Positions 56,979-61,907 of a stretch of DNA of 61,907 nucleotides are shown piece by piece (position 1 is the first letter of the stretch; each line of letters starts with the position of its first letter). The translations under genes and the position numbers were made by a program. Origin of the DNA: a virus (lineage: Duplodnaviria > Caudoviricetes); IMG/VR virus record IMGVR_UViG_3300023184_000128, positions 1 through 61,907 of that record; one strand, written 5' to 3'. The notes beneath the pieces are model-generated. The model saw only the letters and a program-made list of their open reading frames with translations. It searched no databases and had not been told where the DNA came from.

Positions 56979-57482
56979 TTAACATTTCCATCGTCTTCTT
57001 GCTTGTCTTAATCTAGAATTAGGGTCTTTTGCAGCTTTTGGAAACATTTTCATTTGTCCTGCAGATCTTGCACAAAATGATTTTCTTCTTTTAGCTGCTC
57101 TGCTTCCTGGTTTAACTTTACCAGTAACTGCTGTGGATAACTTTGAACCTGGGTTTTCTCTTCTATATCTTTCAACTCCAGCTTTAGTCATTCCAGCACC
57201 AGACTTTGTTGGTCTAAAATATTTTTTAGTTTTAGGTGGTTGCACATCTCCACCTCTAGCCATGCCTTCTTTTTTTTCTTCTGATTTTTTTTCAGTTTCT
57301 GGAGGTGGTGAATATCCTGTTACTTGAGATGCTTGTGGAAATAAAGCTTGTGTATAATATCTTTGTTCATAGTCGCCTGGTTTTCCTTGATATGCTCCAG
57401 ATTTAATAGCTAAAGCTCCACCTAAAGACATTTTTCTAACAGCTTTACCTGTCCCACGCTTTTGAATACCGAAGCCAGACAT
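56979..57482 (-). CDS. Basic late protein (DUF6321-like) with GG tags
   Basis: NPGSKL..RRKSFCAR..DPNSR....RRW.C; MSLGG, MARGG. Confidence 0.75.
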   Translation of the reverse strand: MSGFGIQKRGTGKAVRKMSLGGALAIKSGAYQGKPGDYEQRYYTQALFPQASQVTGYSPPPETEKKSEEKKEGMARGGDVQPPKTKKYFRPTKSGAGMTKAGVERYRRENPGSKLSTAVTGKVKPGSRAAKRRKSFCARSAGQMKMFPKAAKDPNSRLRQARRRWKC

Positions 57483-57486
57483 TTTA

Positions 57487-57825
57487 TTATTTATCTATAA
57501 ATAAAGTAACAATTATTCCAGAATTATTAACTACGCCTATTCCGTCTACACAACCAACAGCATTGTTAATACTATATAAAACTCCATCTTCTGGAATATT
57601 TAATGTAGATGTTTGTCCAGCACCAACTGATCCTAATATATAAACTTGTGTATTAGTAGAAACACTAACAGTAGTGGCGTTTGCTAAACCATTGATAACA
57701 ACAGTTCCAGAAGTTCCAACAGATTGTAAAGCATAACCTCTTAATCTTGTTCTTCCAGTAAAAGCAACTGCACTTGTTTGTGTATTTAAAATCACAATTG
57801 GTTTTACATCACTTTTAAAACTCAT
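57487..57825 (-). CDS. Virion structural protein
   Basis: R.RL.G..IP.DG.L beta-sandwich pattern. Confidence 0.6.
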   Translation of the reverse strand: MSFKSDVKPIVILNTQTSAVAFTGRTRLRGYALQSVGTSGTVVINGLANATTVSVSTNTQVYILGSVGAGQTSTLNIPEDGVLYSINNAVGCVDGIGVVNNSGIIVTLFIDK

Positions 57826-57839
57826 TTAAACTCCTTTTA

Positions 57840-57865
57840 TTAAGAGCTCCCGAAGGAGCTCTTAA
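57840..57865 (-). terminator. Intrinsic terminator/stem with cUUCGg loop
   Basis: TTAAGAGCTCC-TTCG-GGAGCTCTTAA on - strand. Confidence 0.75.
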
Positions 57866-57875
57866 AATTAATTAA

Positions 57876-58391
57876 TTATACTGCAGCACTAAATGGTGTA
57901 GCTACTGCTCCTGTAGCACCAGATACTACATTAACTTTGTATCTGTTAGCTCCAATTACTGTAGCAGTAATAGTCGCTCCACCTACTCCACCTTTAGTTG
58001 TTCCATCTAAAGTAATAGTGTCAGATGCAGTTACTGTACTAAATACTAATGCAGTAGTACCAGAACCAAGAATGGCTGTTCCTACCATAGTATCACTAGA
58101 ATTAGCAACTTGTACTTTAAAATCACCTGTTACAGTTGTTGAAAGTACAAAACTAAAAGTTGCACCATAGTTATTAGACTGATTTGGATCAGTTGGATCA
58201 CTTGGTGTAGTTGTATTTACAGCTGGCAATGTGAAAGTTGCTGTAGCTGTGCTTGTGTAATAGATTTGTTTTCCAGCATAATTAGCAACATCTAAAGTTG
58301 CACCTACTGCTGTTGTTACTGAGTTTGATACTCCAGAACTAATAAAACCTGCTAATGATCTTACTGGTCCTGAAAACGTTGATTGTCCCAT
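57876..58391 (-). CDS. Head decoration/fiber-like protein
   Basis: TFSGPV.S..GF N-terminus; FTLPA; ATPF C-terminus; downstream of MCP. Confidence 0.65.
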   Translation of the reverse strand: MGQSTFSGPVRSLAGFISSGVSNSVTTAVGATLDVANYAGKQIYYTSTATATFTLPAVNTTTPSDPTDPNQSNNYGATFSFVLSTTVTGDFKVQVANSSDTMVGTAILGSGTTALVFSTVTASDTITLDGTTKGGVGGATITATVIGANRYKVNVVSGATGAVATPFSAAV

Positions 58392-58397
58392 ATTATT

Positions 58398-58472
58398 CTC
58401 CCGTATAGTGGTTAAGCTTTGTAGTCTCTATACAGTCTGTCTAGCCAGTCTACAAAACTATTATATCTAGAT
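58398..58472 (-). ncRNA. Structured RNA downstream of capsid gene (Mu-gpT-DE-like candidate)
   Basis: 10-bp P1 58415-24/58450-59; crossing pairings 58401-08/58428-35 and 58440-44/58467-71. Confidence 0.55.
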
Positions 58473-58491
58473 TATTTATGATTATAAAAGA

Positions 58492-58523
58492 AAAAGGGGC
58501 CAAAGTAAACCTTGGCCCCTTTT
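58492..58523 (-). terminator. Intrinsic terminator after MCP
   Basis: AAAAGGGGCCAA..TTGGCCCCTTTT stem with U-tract. Confidence 0.85.
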
Positions 58524-58540
58524 ATGAAAAGACTTAATTA

Positions 58541-59452
58541 TTAAGCCGCTCCTGGAGTTCCGAAAATTCCTCTAGGGTCAGACCAACCGAAGCTGTATCT
58601 TTCTCTAGCTTTGAATCTTACGTTACCAGTATCAAAATCGCCTTCGATAGCTGTTTTGATTGGACTTCTAACGAATTCTTTTAATCCATTAGGAGCGTCT
58701 GTAATGATAAAGAATGCATCTGTGTCAGTTAAGAAGTGATTCACTCTGTAACCTTCTGGAATCATTCCCATATTTAACATTGCATTAATGTCATTATCAG
58801 ATGTAGATGTTCTAAGTGGAGATCTTAATACTCTCTCAGCAGTAAATTGTAATTCTTTTGGAATAATCAATTTTCTACCTTGAAGAGCAATTTTTAAACC
58901 TCTTTCATCTACAAATCCTGCAATATCAATTAACGATTGTTCTAATGAAGTTTCGTTAAGATCCGCTGCAGTAGCTAAAATGTTTGAAAAAGTTGATCCA
59001 TTAGCAAGAGGATGGTTACTAGCTAAAAGCTGAACTCCATCACCACCTGTGTAATTTGAATCAAAACCATTATTCAAAATATTAGCTGCGATTGTTTGTT
59101 TAGTTTGTGACATTGAACGAGCTAAAGCTCTAGTATATCTAGAAGCTAATCTATCGTACAAGTTATCTTCAATAGCTTCCTCAGTTATAGCAAATGCTAA
59201 AGCAATTGTTTGATGAGTGTATCTTGAAGTGTAGGCTTCAGAAGCTTGATCGAACTGCACTCCTGCACCTTCTTGTTTGATAGCAGCACCTGCGAAACCA
59301 GTTAACATTACTTCTTCTTCAAAAGCTCTGTCTGAAGATTCAGATGTAAAGATTTCTGTGTGCTCGTTGTCGTATCTGTTGTATTCCAGGCCGAATAGGG
59401 CATTCAATCCTGGCTCTAGTTCTTTAACTAGCTGTGAACGTGATATAGCCAT
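58541..59452 (-). CDS. Major capsid protein (Mu gpT-like / 37-F6-type)
   Basis: MAISRSQLVKELEPGL, ITEEAIEDNLY, RERYSFGWSDPRG. Confidence 0.92.
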   Translation of the reverse strand: MAISRSQLVKELEPGLNALFGLEYNRYDNEHTEIFTSESSDRAFEEEVMLTGFAGAAIKQEGAGVQFDQASEAYTSRYTHQTIALAFAITEEAIEDNLYDRLASRYTRALARSMSQTKQTIAANILNNGFDSNYTGGDGVQLLASNHPLANGSTFSNILATAADLNETSLEQSLIDIAGFVDERGLKIALQGRKLIIPKELQFTAERVLRSPLRTSTSDNDINAMLNMGMIPEGYRVNHFLTDTDAFFIITDAPNGLKEFVRSPIKTAIEGDFDTGNVRFKARERYSFGWSDPRGIFGTPGAA

Positions 59453-59466
59453 AGTTTATTCTCCTA

Positions 59467-60045
59467 TTATAGTCCTGAAGTAGCTGATCTATAGAAGTGG
59501 TTGTTAATTCTAACAAGCACGTTCGCATTAGATACAGCTGCATCGCTGTTAAGTACGTCGCCTGATATATCAATAGCTTGTACTAAGAATGTCGAAGCCG
59601 TTCCTGAATTCGCCATATCTAATTGTACATATGATATACCTGTTTTAGTATTTCCAGTCTCATTAGAGATTGAAAAGTTTTTAAAGATGTCAGCAACTGC
59701 AAAAACATCATTAGCGTTCACTTCGAACACTGTGTCTGGTCCGTCAATTACGAAAGCGATGATATCGCTAGCAACTGTAGAACCTGGAAGATAATTCTTC
59801 CATGTTGGTTTTTGCGTTGTTGGATCTGTATAAAAACATCCATTGAAAACTCCCACAACAGGTGTAGATGAGTTAGCAATAGCTCTTCCAACGTTACCAG
59901 AAGCAAATGGGATCACCACGTCACCTTGATAAATGTTAGTAGAGTTATTGTTTGCTACTCTATATCTGTTTTGAGCGTTAATGAATGGACTACCGTTAAG
60001 TTGTCTACTTGGTCTAAGACCAAATTTTTCTGTTACGTTTGCCAT
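59467..60045 (-). CDS. Capsid-associated structural protein
   Basis: FGLRP..I..GD.V..GVF.GC.YTDP; immediately upstream of MCP. Confidence 0.7.
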   Translation of the reverse strand: MANVTEKFGLRPSRQLNGSPFINAQNRYRVANNNSTNIYQGDVVIPFASGNVGRAIANSSTPVVGVFNGCFYTDPTTQKPTWKNYLPGSTVASDIIAFVIDGPDTVFEVNANDVFAVADIFKNFSISNETGNTKTGISYVQLDMANSGTASTFLVQAIDISGDVLNSDAAVSNANVLVRINNHFYRSATSGL

Positions 60046-60102
60046 TTATTTTATACTCCGTTTATTTATTTTAATTTACAGTAGTTGACTTTTGCCAAAA
60101 AT

Positions 60103-60579
60103 TTATGACTTTCGTCCACCACCAAAAGTTACACGGGTCTGTCTATCAATATTGATAGGCATTCCTGGTCGTTGTTCCTTCATCAGATCAGCATCAATCG
60201 ACTTAATTCTATCCTGAGTAATTCTTTTAAAATACTCGGAACGACTTTTGACAATCTCTTCAGGTATCCTTGCCAACACAAGGCCGCCAACCCCTACTAA
60301 CCCAGCATATTTTCCCTCAGCGATTACTGGATAGTCATGATCACCCATAGAATTTTTAATTTCTTCGGCTCTCACAAATTCCCAACCTTCTCTGAGTTTT
60401 TTAGATACGTTTGCAGTATCCTGAAAACCCTGCGATTCTGTTCTAATCCATCTGTGAACAAAACCCGCTGGTGCTTTAGGTGCATCCAGACTTGACGGTG
60501 GAGTCCAAGGCTTCTTACGAAGATCCTTATTTCTTACTTCTGACTCGCGTGAAGTTCTTTTATTTAATTTATCGCTCAT
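60103..60579 (-). CDS. Conserved head-module protein
   Basis: W.PPS.LDAP..G..HRWIR..REGWE. Confidence 0.7.
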   Translation of the reverse strand: MSDKLNKRTSRESEVRNKDLRKKPWTPPSSLDAPKAPAGFVHRWIRTESQGFQDTANVSKKLREGWEFVRAEEIKNSMGDHDYPVIAEGKYAGLVGVGGLVLARIPEEIVKSRSEYFKRITQDRIKSIDADLMKEQRPGMPINIDRQTRVTFGGGRKS

Positions 60580-61602
60580 TTATACCTCCTTCACGTATTT
60601 AGCGTACTCTTCTAGTGGCACCCCTAATTTTTTAGCAATAGCCACCTGTGATTTGGTGAGTCTCACGGTTCTGCGTCCTGATTGTTTTCTACCAGCAGAA
60701 GCAACAGTTTGGACGGGTTTTCTGTTCTCCTCTGTAACCTCAGTTTCCTGAGATTTAGCAAACTTATGAGGATATAAATCTCTCATACGTTTATCTACCT
60801 CATTATAATACTCATCACTCTCTGCGTCAAACCCCTGACTTACCAAGTCTTCATGAAGCATAAATGCTGAGTTTGTCATGTATTTATCATTACCAAACCA
60901 CTCATTTTTTTCAGCCCATGACTTAGCTTTTGTACTTGGAGTAATTGGTTGTTGAGGTGCTTTTTGCACAGCTTGAGCTTTTTGTTGTTCCTCAAAAGAT
61001 TTTCTAGCTGCCTCACGCTCGCTCATAACGATTCGTGCCTTTTCTTTCTCAACGGACAACCTTGTCAGTTCATCTTGTGCAGATGCAATTTGTTCCGCAT
61101 CTTGAGACTCAATGGCAAGCTTTAACTTAGCTTTTGCTTGTGCACGTTGAGCATCAACTCTTGCGTCAAATTCTTTGATGTAGTTTGTATCCACATCCAT
61201 ATACTTAGATTCAGCATCTGAGTATTTTTTTTGTAGACCTTTAGCATATTCTAAAGCAGCTTTTTCTCTTCTTTCTGCTTCACGTATTTTATAAGTTAAT
61301 TTATCAATACGTTTTTTTACGCTTTCAGTATACTCTTCTAGATTTTCACCTGCTGGTTTAGCTTCAGTTTTAACTTCTGTTTTAGTTTCAACTTTTGGTT
61401 GTTCTTCTATTTCTTCAACAGAAATTTTTTCTTTTTCTTTTTCTGCTTTACCATCATGTGTTGTGTATCCTAAATCAACTTCACCAACATTTAAGTTAGG
61501 AGCTTTTTTAGTATCTTCTTTTTCCTTTAATTCTACAGATGTTTCTTTAGCGTCGTCTAGATCTAATTCAACTTCTGGTTGTTTTTTTGTTTCTTTATCC
61601 AT
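60580..61602 (-). CDS. Putative scaffolding protein
   Basis: Acidic coiled coil; W...N.WFG; LT.SQ.AIAKKLGV..EEYAK end. Confidence 0.7.
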   Translation of the reverse strand: MDKETKKQPEVELDLDDAKETSVELKEKEDTKKAPNLNVGEVDLGYTTHDGKAEKEKEKISVEEIEEQPKVETKTEVKTEAKPAGENLEEYTESVKKRIDKLTYKIREAERREKAALEYAKGLQKKYSDAESKYMDVDTNYIKEFDARVDAQRAQAKAKLKLAIESQDAEQIASAQDELTRLSVEKEKARIVMSEREAARKSFEEQQKAQAVQKAPQQPITPSTKAKSWAEKNEWFGNDKYMTNSAFMLHEDLVSQGFDAESDEYYNEVDKRMRDLYPHKFAKSQETEVTEENRKPVQTVASAGRKQSGRRTVRLTKSQVAIAKKLGVPLEEYAKYVKEV

Positions 61603-61614
61603 GTTGTTCTCCTA

Positions 61615-61907
61615 TTAGTACATGTGCAAAATATCAGCAGGGTTATCTATCTTAGCAATAATTTCATCATCATTAAGAATTCTAACTTCACCACCTTCTA
61701 TTTTGAATCTGCTACCTGCATATCTTCCAAAAATTACCCAATCACCTTCCTTGCACCACGCTCCTAATGGAAATTTATCTTTATCTCTGTAACAAAGATT
61801 TCCCATTTTAAGAACATAAGCACAAACAGTTGTCATTTGAATTGTATCTTTAGAAGTATCAGATAGAATAATTCCACCTTTGGTTTGAGCTGGTCCAGCA
61901 TAAGGCA
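61615..61907 (-). CDS. groES: GroES, 3' part
   Basis: TKGGIIL..KEGDWVIFGRYAG..ILNDDEI. Confidence 0.9.
   Translation of the reverse strand, partial: PYAGPAQTKGGIILSDTSKDTIQMTTVCAYVLKMGNLCYRDKDKFPLGAWCKEGDWVIFGRYAGSRFKIEGGEVRILNDDEIIAKIDNPADILHMY
61753..61907. repeat. Terminal overlap, right copy
   Basis: Matches 1-155 with two mismatches. Confidence 0.95.

Noticed and set aside
61753-61907. Biological direct terminal repeat
   Set aside because: Falls in the middle of groES and carries strain-type SNPs; consistent with assembly circularity
1-61907. Integrase, tRNA, reverse transcriptase/DGR, RNA polymerase or stop-codon recoding
   Set aside because: No such motifs recognised; genes are full length and tightly packed under the standard code (a tRNA scan was not run)

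Overview
Apparently complete, circularly assembled, AT-rich dsDNA phage genome. The unique length is about 61,752 bp: positions 1-155 repeat at 61753-61907 with 2 synonymous mismatches, and groES spans the junction. Gene content resembles HTVC023P/vSAG 37-F6-like podophages of SAR11-type Alphaproteobacteria (host assignment is inference). It includes a MAISRSQL-type major capsid protein, P22-like portal and tail genes, ejection proteins, PolA (Leu762), an AEP primase, SF1 and SNF2 helicases, GroES, Hsp20, an AdoMetDC-like protein, glycosyltransferases and a 2OG-Fe(II) oxygenase cluster. No integrase, tRNA, CRISPR array or reverse transcriptase was seen. The most notable unexplained structure is non-coding or motif-level: (1) two promoter-hairpin-seed-hairpin units (about 19338-19445 + and 20320-20392 -) whose single-stranded cores are antisense to the shared RBS leaders of the early genes; (2) a repeated two-hairpin RNA module after the first gene of two early operons; (3) a GC-rich CNWGRKCCGTG motif dispersed through coding sequences; (4) a hub upstream of terS with IHF-like sites, CTGAA repeats and a 15-bp-periodic array, partly mirrored upstream of terL; (5) a hydrophobic-x-x-G-G peptide tag shared by many small late and ejection proteins; (6) a double-pseudoknot RNA downstream of the capsid gene and a ROSE-like thermometer on hsp20. 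All functional calls come from motif recognition by eye; no searches were run.
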